Source of the DNA: Pseudobdellovibrionaceae bacterium
GTDB taxonomy: Bacteria; Bdellovibrionota; Bdellovibrionia; Bdellovibrionales; Bdellovibrionaceae
Direction of reading: 5' to 3'
Assembly: GCA_043780105.1 (NCBI GenBank)
Contig: JAYWDA010000012.1
Coordinates: 1 to 26,817, forward strand
Length of the DNA: 26,817 nt
The translations under genes were made by a program, and so were the position numbers. The notes beneath the pieces were generated by a model. The model ran no database searches. It had not been told where the DNA came from and saw only the letters and a list, made by a program, of their open reading frames with translations. Positions 6,301 through 14,863 of this stretch are shown here, piece by piece; position 1 is the stretch's first letter, and the number at the start of each line of letters is the position of its first letter.

Positions 6301-8889
6301 GCACCCGGAACAGCAGCAGCACCAGGTTACGCGTTCAGTGGTAACACGAATACAGGAATATTTGGTGCAGCTGCAAATCAAATTGGTTTTTCAACGAATG
6401 GTGTTGAACGTGTGCGTGTAGATGCGTCGGGCAATTTTGGAATTGGAACGCAGTCACCATCTGAAAAATTATCTGTTGTTGGTGCTTTTCCAAAAACGGA
6501 TAGCGTTAATTCAAATTTTGCTGTTTACGATTCTACAGGATTGCCTCGAACTAAATTAACCGGAAACGGCGTTCAAAACTGGTATTTGTACGACACAACG
6601 GGATTGGCTGAAATTGGTCATGTTGGTTATGCAACTCCGGGCGGATTGCCTGGAATCCTTTTAACAAACCCATCTTTCACAGGGCGATCGCAAATCGCGC
6701 AGCTTGCTTCGACAGGCGGCTTAAGTTTCGGCGCAACCACTGGCAGCGCAAACCCTGGAAGCCAAATGGTTTTAACAACGGCAGGTAATGTTGGTATAGG
6801 AACAGCGGCACCGGGCGCAAGACTTGATGTGCAATCGACAGATACAACTACAACAGGATCTGTGGTCGGAACAAAAATAGCTCCGACTTACAATCAAGCT
6901 GCAGCAACAACTTCAAACACAGATTTATTAATTAACCGAACTGAAACCGCAGTGGGTACTGGTCAGCAGAATTTAATCGACGCACAGGTCGGCGGAGTCA
7001 GCAAATTTCGCGTGGATAACACCGGAAAAGTTTTTGCCGATGGATCTGGATTAACCGGAGTGGCTGCATCGACAATTCCACTTTCGGGATTACGCGCAGC
7101 AAGTTCAGCGAACACGATTGATAACTTTAACTTTGCTCAGGTGTGGAATTTTTCGACAGCAACAACTGAAAATCCACTAAGTATTTCTGCCAATGCATTA
7201 ATTACGGGAAGCTTACTCAATTTAACCAGTTCAAGTGCAAGTTTAAATTCTACAAATGGATTATTAAACGTTGCCAATACTAGCGCTTCAACAACTGGAA
7301 TGGTTGCACGCATTCAGTCGAATTCAACAGCGGGTTCTGGAATGACTGTTCTTGCAAACGGAAACGTCGGTATTGGAACAACCGGACCAGCATTGCCTCT
7401 TGCAGTTGTCGGAAACATTTCATCGTCTACAGCAGCTAATTCATCTTCACTCTTACTGGATAATAATCGGAACGGGAACACAACGGCATTCAGCTTTGCT
7501 CGTGGAATTGCTTCTGGGTATTTTGGGGGTTATATCGGCGGCAATTTTAACGATCTTACAAACGGGGCAGTTTTTTTTGGAGCTGATTCTTCTGCGACTA
7601 AAATGTCGATGAACACTGTCGGTGCCGTGCCGATCACATTTAACACGGATAATTGGATCGAACGCGTGCGCATTCAACCAGTCACTGGAAACGTCGGTAT
7701 CGGAACAACTTCACCAACAGCGGTTTTAAATTTAAAAGCAGGCACAGCAGCAGCAAACACGGCGCCGTTGAAACTCACATCAGGTGTAAATCTAACAACT
7801 CCAGAATCAGGTGCCATTGAGTACGACGGTACTAATTTATTTTTCACAGATTCCACAGCAGCCCGTAGAACCATTGCAACAGCTACATCACTGGGAAGTT
7901 ATCTTCCACTTGCTGGTGGCTCAATGACAGGCGCAGTGATTTCATCAGCAGGAACTGCAGCGGCACCAAGCGTTGGTGTTGGTCAAACGTCGTCAGGATT
8001 ATTCAGTGGTGGTACAAATATTTTGGGTTTTTCAACTGCAGGCACAGAGCGTATGCAGGTTGGAGCCACTGGAAATGTTGGTATCGGTACGACAACACCA
8101 AGTAATGGTGGCACAGCGGCAAATAGTAACAGAACCTATGTGGGAATTTCAGCTGCAGCTGGCGCTGGAATACTTCAACTATCTTCTAATCAAGCTGACG
8201 CAGATGACATTTCGCAAGGAAATGTCGAATGGGTCGATAACGTAACTGCACAAGCAAATCGCCGGATAGGTTATCTGAATATCGTAAAAAGCGGCGCGAC
8301 TGCTAATAACCGTGGAACCTACATGGCGTTTGCGACAAAAGATGATAATGGCACCGGTGCTACAGAAAGAATGAGAATAACCAATCAAGGTAATCTTTCA
8401 ATAGGTACTATCACAAACACAGCACGCCTTGATGTTATTGGAACTACTAATGACTCTTCTGCATTAACGATGGCGGCTAGAAATTTCGGTGGAACAACGC
8501 TTTTTTCTGTTAGAAATGATGGCAACGTCGGAATTGGAACAACAGCACCGCGAGCTACACTTGACGTATCCGGAACCGTATTATTAAAACCCTCAACGGT
8601 TAATGCAACAGCGACAATAAATTTCTTAACAGGAAATTTACAACACACGACCAATAACTGCGGTGCTTTTGCTCTGCACAACATGAAAGACGGCGGATCA
8701 TACACTTTCGCAGTTAAGGGTGCAGTATCCGCAACGTGTTCATTTACTGCATTTACCGATGCTGGGGTAACTGGATTAACAGTTCATATGCCACCTGACC
8801 ATGCAGCAACAACAGCATCAAAACATACTCTGTATAGCTTCCTTGTTATGGGTACAGATGTTTACGTGACATGGTTGCCAGATTTATAA
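3319..8889 (+). CDS. Large secreted phage-tail-fibre-like mosaic adhesin (1856 aa), Bdellovibrio-type fibre without S74 chaperone
   Basis: Sec signal and conserved N-domain. G/T/S/A-rich stalk motifs (AGGDLxGxYPNPT, DAxKITxG, YLPLxGG) and multiple GNVGIGT triple-beta-spiral-type motifs, then a ~100-aa C-terminal domain ending YVTWLPDL. Confidence 0.85.
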   Translation: MLWYVRILFTACLGLFAFSLPAYAVPQSLSFQSKIYKPDGTPLDAANVNFRFTTVDPTGTCILYIEDFFGADMSGSAGLAILNLGSGTKVYPASAMVFTSVFNNLSSFYNCRGGGTYSPGVGRTDNRKIIAQFYDGTAAGWQTLPAIDVNSVPFSSFAGDSEKFSGFVASDFLRFATLPVCTGSDVLTATNSGSGTNLSCVPGVASSVDATTTTKGVVQIGAGLDVTTGIVSLGNFDAAKITSGIISTARLGSGTPSAANFLRGDGAWVPVTTGTVTSVSSTNSYLTITTPTTTPAFTVNVGNTPGTLAAGDDVRLSDSRTPIGSAGGDLAGSYPNPTLGTSGVVANSYGSASSVATFTVDNKGRLTTAGTTPIAIAESQVTNLTADLISKITNVGSGAGNVVLTMQAGNTAGLPVAGTDGRVYFDTQAKIIYRDNGTAWIPIASNSGSGGTITDVIAGVGLSGGASSGAATLNLANTLVVPNSYGSASAVSTFTVDAQGRLTTAATTPIAITQSQVGSLVTDLSNKQPLNAQLTNISGYVPTADNFLVGNGVNFVLKTPAQARASIGLDVAGGDLTGNYPNPTLANIVTTGTNTKITYDAKGRVTAGTSLTDTDIPNLDASKITTGILPISNGGTGSATVANNLVFAGPTTGGPLAPSFRALSASDIPSLSATYLPLTGGTLTGAVISAAGTAAAPSVGVGQTSSGLFSGGTNILGFSTAGLERARIDAAGNLGVGVTNPLYKVDVSGDLNITGNFRINGTPIGGGSGTVTAVSSTTTDINVASPTSTPALTLNSGTGANQIVKLNASAQLPAVDGSLLTGFTAVQIPALDTGKLTSGILPVVRGGTGNSSFAINSVITSNNTGIQVALPGTTSNTMLQYSVTGPVWSSATFPSTTTANQLLYSSANNIVGGLTSANDSVLITNGTGVPSFVNALPATIGGTGQTTYVIGDLLYASSGSALARLPASTTGLVLTSNGVGTAPTWQAVPSNLPAAPGTAAAPGYAFSGNTNTGIFGAAANQIGFSTNGVERVRVDASGNFGIGTQSPSEKLSVVGAFPKTDSVNSNFAVYDSTGLPRTKLTGNGVQNWYLYDTTGLAEIGHVGYATPGGLPGILLTNPSFTGRSQIAQLASTGGLSFGATTGSANPGSQMVLTTAGNVGIGTAAPGARLDVQSTDTTTTGSVVGTKIAPTYNQAAATTSNTDLLINRTETAVGTGQQNLIDAQVGGVSKFRVDNTGKVFADGSGLTGVAASTIPLSGLRAASSANTIDNFNFAQVWNFSTATTENPLSISANALITGSLLNLTSSSASLNSTNGLLNVANTSASTTGMVARIQSNSTAGSGMTVLANGNVGIGTTGPALPLAVVGNISSSTAANSSSLLLDNNRNGNTTAFSFARGIASGYFGGYIGGNFNDLTNGAVFFGADSSATKMSMNTVGAVPITFNTDNWIERVRIQPVTGNVGIGTTSPTAVLNLKAGTAAANTAPLKLTSGVNLTTPESGAIEYDGTNLFFTDSTAARRTIATATSLGSYLPLAGGSMTGAVISSAGTAAAPSVGVGQTSSGLFSGGTNILGFSTAGTERMQVGATGNVGIGTTTPSNGGTAANSNRTYVGISAAAGAGILQLSSNQADADDISQGNVEWVDNVTAQANRRIGYLNIVKSGATANNRGTYMAFATKDDNGTGATERMRITNQGNLSIGTITNTARLDVIGTTNDSSALTMAARNFGGTTLFSVRNDGNVGIGTTAPRATLDVSGTVLLKPSTVNATATINFLTGNLQHTTNNCGAFALHNMKDGGSYTFAVKGAVSATCSFTAFTDAGVTGLTVHMPPDHAATTASKHTLYSFLVMGTDVYVTWLPDL
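5341..5493 (+). repeat. 51-aa fibre module, copy 1 (copy 2 at 7900..8052)
   Basis: YLPLTGGTLTGAVISAAGTAAAPSVGVGQTSSGLFSGGTNILGFSTAGLER; 46/51 aa identical to copy 2 by hand alignment. Confidence 0.9.
7900..8052 (+). repeat. 51-aa fibre module, copy 2
   Basis: YLPLAGGSMTGAVISSAGTAAAPSVGVGQTSSGLFSGGTNILGFSTAGTER; many third-position differences from copy 1. Confidence 0.9.
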
Positions 8890-8910
8890 TTATAAGGACA
8901 TAATTAGCGC

Positions 8911-11900
8911 ATGAAGGTCACACGACGTGGGTTTTTAACAAAAATAGCAAATTATTCAAAACTATCCTTGGCGATGAGCTTTGCTCCGATTGGATTCTGG
9001 ATCACTTTATTTCGTGAAAATGCAGAAGCGCAAATGTTGAAACATGGCCTTTGGAAACGTCGAAGTGTTGTTGGTACGTTGTGGGCGTGGGGATGGAATT
9101 CCAGCGGGCAGCTGGGTCAAAATGATGTTAATAATTACTCTTCGCCTGTTTTAGTCGGCAATCAGCGTTTATGGGCCGAAGTTTCAACGGGCTACGAACA
9201 CACTTTAGCAGTAAGAACCAACGGGACACTTTTTGCGTTTGGAACTAATGATTGGACACGACTTGGCGACAGCACAAATATAAACCGATCATCGCCAGTG
9301 CAGGTGGGTGCATTAACAAATTGGTCCAAAGTTTCAGCTGGCAGAAATCATTCTTTAGCAATTAAAACGAACGGCACATTGTGGGCATGGGGTCGAAATA
9401 CGGAAGGTGAGTTGGGAATTCCATATGTTGAATTAACGAAAGACTCGCCCATACAAATTGGAGCTTTAACAAATTGGTCACAAGTTTCTGCTGGTGGTAT
9501 TCATACAGCCGCTGTTAAAACTGATAATACCTTATGGAGCTGGGGCGATAATTATATTGGACAATTGGGTTTCGGACCACCGAACCTGCCGACATTATCA
9601 AATTCAAGTAATAATTGGACTGAATTTTCTGCAGGCAGTGCCTATGTCATAGCAAAAAAAACAACTGGAACGTTGTCGGGTTGGGGCGGAAATTACGATT
9701 CGCAGTACACAACGTTAGGCCTTGGTTCTAGTATTTTCACATCGTCGCCCGTGCAAATTGGTGCATTAACCAACTGGCAAACTTTTTCTGCAGGTGCGAC
9801 TCATGTTCTAGCTGTAAAAACAGATGGTACACTTTGGGCTTGGGGGTCTAACGGTGCTGGACAAATCGGTGATGGCACAAGCATGTATTTATATAACGCT
9901 GTGAATTCCCCGATTCAAATTGGCAGTGGGACTAATTGGCAAAAAGTTTCCGCAGGTGATAATAGGTTCTGGGGTCATTCTTTAGCAATAAAAACAGATG
10001 GTACACTTTGGGCTTGGGGTAACAATGATAATGGTCAACTCGGATTACAGTTACCAAATATCCCTTTGCAAATAGGATCATTAACAACCTGGGCAAATAT
10101 AAATACAAGTTTAACTCACTCTTTAGCAGTTAAAACAGATGGAACACTTTGGGCTTGGGGACAAAATACTTTTGAATGGAGCGGCTCTTTAGGTGATGGG
10201 ACGAATATCAATCGATCATCACCAGTGCAAATTGGTGCTCTAACAAACTGGTCTATTGCATCAGCAGGTGCCGGGGCTACTTTGGCGATTAAAACCGATG
10301 GCACATTGTGGGCTTGGGGTCGAAATGATAGCGGTCAATTAGGTAATAGCACAACAACTTGGACATCTTCGCCAATTCAGATTGGTAGTAATACAACGTG
10401 GACAAAAGTGGCTTCATCTGGTGGTACTAACTCGGGTGGCTTTTCTACGGCTGTAAGATCAAATGGATCGCTGTGGCTATGGGGAGAAAATAACCGCGGT
10501 CAGTTAGGTGATAGCACGATAATTAGCCGATCATCGCCAGTACAACTTGGTGCACTAACAAATTGGAGTTCAACAGCTGTCGGTCGGCAACATGTGATAG
10601 CACTTAAAACAGATGGAACATTGTGGGCTTGGGGTAATAATGAAAATGGTCAACTGGCTGATGGCACAATAGTCGATCGATCGTCTCCGGTTCAAATAGG
10701 GTCAGCAACAAATTGGTCAAAAATTTCCACAGGCAGATACAATGCGGCCGCTATCAAAACGGATGGGACATTGTGGGTTTGGGGTAATAATGATCAGGGC
10801 CAACTTGGTAACGGCACGACATTAAGCACTTCATCACCAATACAAATAGGATTAAGTACGAATTGGTCTTTTATAAAATGTGGTCAAGAAAGCCCACACA
10901 CAGTTGCTATTAAAACAGATGGTACAATTTGGTCTTGGGGTAACGGTCAAAATGGAAGATTAGGCCAAGGTAATAATAATTTTTACAGTTCACCAGTGCA
11001 AGTGGGCACATTAACAAACTGGTCTAATGTGACTGTTGGTGATGGAACTTCGATGGCTATCAAAACGGATGGAACGATTTGGTCTTGGGGTGAAAACTCA
11101 AACGGAAAATTAGGGCTTGGTAGTTTATACAATTTTACAATACCCAATCAAGTCGGAGCATTAACAAACTGGTTAAAAATATGTGCGGGCAAAATTTCCT
11201 CTTTTGCGGTAAAAACGGATGGTACTTTATGGGCCTGGGGAGACAATACCGAAGGCCGGCTTGGTGATAACACAATAGTAAACAAGTTATCACCAATACA
11301 AATCGGAGCCTTAACTAATTGGGCTGACGTTTCACATCTGACGGAGCATACACTCGCAGTAAAAACAGATGGAACACTTTGGGCTTGGGGTGCCGATTAT
11401 TTTGGAAAACTTGGTCTTAATGTATCGTTTGTATCACGCAGTTCACCCGTGCAAGTGGGCGCATTAACAAATTGGTCAAAAGCAGTTGCAAGCAGTGGAC
11501 ACTCATTGGCGTTAAAAACGGATGGAACAATTTGGTCTTGGGGTTACAACGATAAAGGTCAGCTTGGTCAGGGCAATAACGTTTCGTTGTCGTCGCCAAC
11601 TCAAGTTGGAACTGACACAAACTGGGCAAAAATTGATGCCAATGAATCCTCATCTTATGCCATGAAAACGGATGGAACAATTTGGGCTTGGGGTGAAAAT
11701 GGTATAGGGCAGTTAGGTTTTGCTCCTGCGAATTCGCCCGTGCAAGTTGGTGCTTTGACAAATTGGTTAAAAGTTTCAGCAGCAGAATATTTTACTGCTG
11801 CCATTAAAACTGACGGAACATTATGGACCTGGGGTGCTAATAATAATGGCCAATTAGGCGATGGAACAACAATCAATAAATCATCACCCGTGCAAATTGG

Positions 11901-12258
11901 TGCGTTAACAACATGGTCAGATATTTCTGTTAAAAATGAACACACATTAGCTTTGAAAACTGATGGCACATTGTGGGTGTGGGGTAATAATACAACCGGG
12001 CAATCGGGTAGTGGAAATACAACTAATTATTCATCCCCTGTGCAAGTGGGCGCGCTAACAACTTGGTCAAAAATTGCAGCAGGCTACAATCATTCGGTGG
12101 CTTTAAAAACAGATGGCACTGTTTGGGCTTGGGGTGTAAATGCGACAGGAGAGTTAGGTGATGGCACAAATACAAACAGATCATCACCTGTGCAAATAGG
12201 CGTATTTAAAAATTGGGTTAAAATATCTGCAGGCAACCAAACTATGGCGATTAAATAA
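8911..12258 (+). CDS. RCC1-repeat beta-propeller protein with twin-arginine-type signal (1115 aa)
   Basis: N-terminal TRRGFL and an AEA cleavage site. 21 repeats of GTLWAWGxNxxGQLG...SSPVQIGALTNWxxVSAGxxHxxAIKTD. SD-like AAGGA upstream; starts after a 21-nt gap following the fibre stop. Confidence 0.92.
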   Translation: MKVTRRGFLTKIANYSKLSLAMSFAPIGFWITLFRENAEAQMLKHGLWKRRSVVGTLWAWGWNSSGQLGQNDVNNYSSPVLVGNQRLWAEVSTGYEHTLAVRTNGTLFAFGTNDWTRLGDSTNINRSSPVQVGALTNWSKVSAGRNHSLAIKTNGTLWAWGRNTEGELGIPYVELTKDSPIQIGALTNWSQVSAGGIHTAAVKTDNTLWSWGDNYIGQLGFGPPNLPTLSNSSNNWTEFSAGSAYVIAKKTTGTLSGWGGNYDSQYTTLGLGSSIFTSSPVQIGALTNWQTFSAGATHVLAVKTDGTLWAWGSNGAGQIGDGTSMYLYNAVNSPIQIGSGTNWQKVSAGDNRFWGHSLAIKTDGTLWAWGNNDNGQLGLQLPNIPLQIGSLTTWANINTSLTHSLAVKTDGTLWAWGQNTFEWSGSLGDGTNINRSSPVQIGALTNWSIASAGAGATLAIKTDGTLWAWGRNDSGQLGNSTTTWTSSPIQIGSNTTWTKVASSGGTNSGGFSTAVRSNGSLWLWGENNRGQLGDSTIISRSSPVQLGALTNWSSTAVGRQHVIALKTDGTLWAWGNNENGQLADGTIVDRSSPVQIGSATNWSKISTGRYNAAAIKTDGTLWVWGNNDQGQLGNGTTLSTSSPIQIGLSTNWSFIKCGQESPHTVAIKTDGTIWSWGNGQNGRLGQGNNNFYSSPVQVGTLTNWSNVTVGDGTSMAIKTDGTIWSWGENSNGKLGLGSLYNFTIPNQVGALTNWLKICAGKISSFAVKTDGTLWAWGDNTEGRLGDNTIVNKLSPIQIGALTNWADVSHLTEHTLAVKTDGTLWAWGADYFGKLGLNVSFVSRSSPVQVGALTNWSKAVASSGHSLALKTDGTIWSWGYNDKGQLGQGNNVSLSSPTQVGTDTNWAKIDANESSSYAMKTDGTIWAWGENGIGQLGFAPANSPVQVGALTNWLKVSAAEYFTAAIKTDGTLWTWGANNNGQLGDGTTINKSSPVQIGALTTWSDISVKNEHTLALKTDGTLWVWGNNTTGQSGSGNTTNYSSPVQVGALTTWSKIAAGYNHSVALKTDGTVWAWGVNATGELGDGTNTNRSSPVQIGVFKNWVKISAGNQTMAIK
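9073..12255 (+). repeat. 21 tandem RCC1 repeats (~47-58 aa each)
   Basis: Counted from the G(T/S)(L/I/V)W..WG anchors; repeats 4, 7 and 18 are shortened. Confidence 0.9.
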
Positions 12259-12296
12259 TATGAAAAACAACCTAGGTCTTCATCCACTAAATTACC

Positions 12297-13343
12297 ATGA
12301 ATAAATTTTTTTCTAATAAAACTGATTTTTTAAATCTGCCGCTATTAGATCAGCAATTGATGTCAGGGCTTCGCGGAGATTTCGAAACCGGACAGCGTGT
12401 GACGGACCAACTGAAAAAATTATCGCCCGCGTGCAACCGCGCTGGTTTTAACCGCGCGTGGTATGAAATGCGAAATGGAAATTTACTAGAGGGCTTAAAA
12501 CTTCTAGATTGTGGTCGTTGGGAAAAAGTTTTTGGTGATCCGCCGCTGCAGACAACAAAACCTATTTACCGAAATGAAGATCTTCAAGGAAAATTTTTAT
12601 TAATGTGTGCTGAAGGTGGCTTAGGTGATGAAATCATCAACGCCAGATTTGCCACAGATTTCGCAAAAAAAGGTGCAAAGGTTATTTTAACCTGTGATAC
12701 GGGTTTAGCCAGTTCTTTTTCGCGTATTGAAGGTGTGGCTTCTGTGATTGGCAATCGAAGAACTCCAGAAATTTATCATGACTTTTGGGTACCTGCCATG
12801 AGTGCTGCGCGGATTTTAGAATATCAATTTAAAGATTTAACGGGTGATCCGTATTTAACGGTGTGTCCAGAACATAAAAAAAAATGGGCCGAATACTTCA
12901 GTTCATACCCAAAAAATGAAAAAAAAATTGGGTTGCGCTTTTATGGCAATCCGAAATTTGAGCACGAACAATTTCGTCGGTTTCCGCCTGAAGATTTAAT
13001 CGCAGTTGTTGAAAACAGCATAAAAATCAGTTCCGAAAAAAAAAGATCGTGGATCAATCTGCAAAAAGAAGAAACCGAACTGCCGATTGAAACCTGGGAA
13101 GACACTTTAGCCATATTAGACCAAATGGATTTAGTAATTACTTCGTGCACTAGCGTGGCCCACGCCAGTGCAGCACTTGGTAAAAAAACATGGGTGATTG
13201 TTCCAATACTTCCCTATTACATTTGGGCTTTACCGACTAGCACTTCGCCTTGGTATAAAAATGTAAAACTTTTTCGCCAGGCAAAGTTTCAGGACTGGTC
13301 CAATGTATTTACAGAAATTCGTGCCGAATTAGAAAATTTTTAG
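12297..13343 (+). CDS. TPR-like / GT9-like (GT-B fold) glycosyltransferase
   Basis: Motifs EGGLGDEI..ARF, DFWVPAMS, KIGLRFYGNP, TWEDTLAILDQMDLVITSCTSVAHASAALGKKTW and SPWYKNVKLFRQ...DW, all typical of TPR + GT9-like proteins. Short helical N-terminal region. Confidence 0.82.
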   Translation: MNKFFSNKTDFLNLPLLDQQLMSGLRGDFETGQRVTDQLKKLSPACNRAGFNRAWYEMRNGNLLEGLKLLDCGRWEKVFGDPPLQTTKPIYRNEDLQGKFLLMCAEGGLGDEIINARFATDFAKKGAKVILTCDTGLASSFSRIEGVASVIGNRRTPEIYHDFWVPAMSAARILEYQFKDLTGDPYLTVCPEHKKKWAEYFSSYPKNEKKIGLRFYGNPKFEHEQFRRFPPEDLIAVVENSIKISSEKKRSWINLQKEETELPIETWEDTLAILDQMDLVITSCTSVAHASAALGKKTWVIVPILPYYIWALPTSTSPWYKNVKLFRQAKFQDWSNVFTEIRAELENF

Positions 13344-13392
13344 TAATTTTTTATTTTTTAAGTTACGATATTACTAGTTCATCAAAAAATAA

Positions 13393-13932
13393 ATGAGGTA
13401 TTTAATGAAAAAAATAGTTTTAGCTTTTATGTCTTTTATTTTTGTAGGTTTCACAGCATGGGCTGAAAAATCAGAGGTCAAAATTTTTGTGACCCTTACA
13501 CCAGCTGGTGATTTCATTGCAAAAACTTCGGATGTAAAAGGCACCGCGATTCTTAATTCCGCCGACGGATCGTACACTGCAGAAAATGTGGTGATCGACG
13601 TTAAAAGTTTAAAAACCGGATTATCTTTAAGAGACGATCACATGCTGAATAAATATCTTGAAGTCAGTAAATTTCCACAGATTGTTTTAAAAAAAGCTAA
13701 AGGCGTTAACAACAAGGGTGTTGGAATTCTTGTTGTTAAAGGAAAAGAAGTTAAGGTTTCAGGGACTTATAAAGCCACCGAACAAACTATTGTTGCTGAA
13801 TTCATGATGAGTTTGAAAGCTGCAGGCATTGAAGACGTTAGTTACAAAGGGGTCGGCGTTGAAGATGAAATAAAAATCATCGCTGAAATTCCAGCGCAAA
13901 AATTAGCGGCAAAGGCTGCCGTTAAAAAGTGA
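13393..13932 (+). CDS. YceI-family lipid/polyisoprenoid-binding periplasmic protein
   Basis: Sec signal and IDVKSLKTGLSLRDDHM (the YceI xxTGxxxRDxH motif); SD GAGG upstream. Confidence 0.85.
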   Translation: MRYLMKKIVLAFMSFIFVGFTAWAEKSEVKIFVTLTPAGDFIAKTSDVKGTAILNSADGSYTAENVVIDVKSLKTGLSLRDDHMLNKYLEVSKFPQIVLKKAKGVNNKGVGILVVKGKEVKVSGTYKATEQTIVAEFMMSLKAAGIEDVSYKGVGVEDEIKIIAEIPAQKLAAKAAVKK

Positions 13933-14309
13933 GCTGGTTAAAAAAAATCCTTTTAAGTACAAGTCTGGTATTTTTATTACCAGCTTGCGGCAGAATCAAT
14001 AATTCCAGCTCGACCGATAGAAATTTATACGGAGTTGTTACAGATTCTGGCTCTGCCGAGTTTTTAGCTGTGAAAACGATGCTGCGAAATAGTTGCATCA
14101 GCTGTCATGCTGAATGGAATTCGTACAGCAACACTGATTTTTTAAGTTCGGGCCTGGTGGTAGCGGCTAATGCCACCGGATCTAAATTATATTACCGCAA
14201 TCAGAAAGCGACCAGCGGATCTGGGCCCACGAATATGCCAAATGGTGGTCAAGTGGCTTTGACTGAAGCCGAACTGATGGTTATGACCAGTTGGATCAAT
14301 TCACTTTAG
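13929..14309 (+). CDS. Lipoprotein with single c-type heme motif (monoheme cytochrome c-like)
   Basis: Lipobox LPAC and CISCH at ~14094..14108, with a downstream MP as candidate axial Met. GTG start overlaps the yceI stop (GTGA). Confidence 0.72.
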   Translation: MSWLKKILLSTSLVFLLPACGRINNSSSTDRNLYGVVTDSGSAEFLAVKTMLRNSCISCHAEWNSYSNTDFLSSGLVVAANATGSKLYYRNQKATSGSGPTNMPNGGQVALTEAELMVMTSWINSL

Positions 14310-14863
14310 AATATTTTTATAAGTCCCAATGAATACGCTAAGGTTTCACTGCCACCCACTGTGCCAATGGTTTGTAGAAGTCTTGTATTATCGAAAATTT
14401 CAAAATCTATGTTTAATAAAGCGCTGTAATTAAAGCCCGAACCCACATCTTTGATGGTGTTGGTGTGCAACCCCAATTGTGGACCCAAAGTAAAAGTTTT
14501 TGAAATCCGGTAATTTATTTTTATATCCGAAGAAATAGTGCGTAAGCTTTTCCGGGGACCTACAAAAGATTGCAGTTTATGAAAATCAACTTCACCGAAG
14601 TGATAACCGGCTTCGATGGCATAACGCCATCGTTTTGAAAATAAATTTTCATAACCCGCACTGAACGAGACCGTTGTAAAAGTTCCTAAAAAATCTTTGC
14701 TGATTTTTCCTGTGGTGACTGGATCAGTGTAAGTAATTGGTAGTTTTTCTTGCCATGAATTTGAAGATAAACTTCCGGTGAAATCCGCCAAAGTTTGTAG
14801 CGAAAAAATAAATGAAACTAGAAAGCTAAAAGCCAATCTTAATTTCACACCTGATGTTACCAT
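14306..14863 (-). CDS. Small outer-membrane beta-barrel protein
   Basis: Signal peptide, alternating amphipathic strands and a C-terminal Phe (..SLGLIKIF). Start overlaps the upstream gene by 7 nt. Confidence 0.65.
   Translation of the reverse strand: MVTSGVKLRLAFSFLVSFIFSLQTLADFTGSLSSNSWQEKLPITYTDPVTTGKISKDFLGTFTTVSFSAGYENLFSKRWRYAIEAGYHFGEVDFHKLQSFVGPRKSLRTISSDIKINYRISKTFTLGPQLGLHTNTIKDVGSGFNYSALLNIDFEIFDNTRLLQTIGTVGGSETLAYSLGLIKIF

Noticed and set aside
1478-12255. Diversity-generating retroelement behind the hypervariable positions
   Set aside because: No reverse transcriptase or non-coding template repeat in the window, and the variation is not restricted to adenine positions.
12260-12304. 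Small ORF MKNNLGLHPLNYHE between RCC1 and the GT, or a frameshifted GT N-terminus
   Set aside because: Only 14 codons with no SD, and the GT from 12297 looks complete. Nothing supports a frameshift.
3319-13343. Prophage or tailocin, given the tail-fibre-like, RCC1 and GT genes
   Set aside because: No integrase, capsid, terminase, sheath, baseplate or lysis genes, and the fibres and partners have Sec/Tat signals typical of cellular exported proteins.
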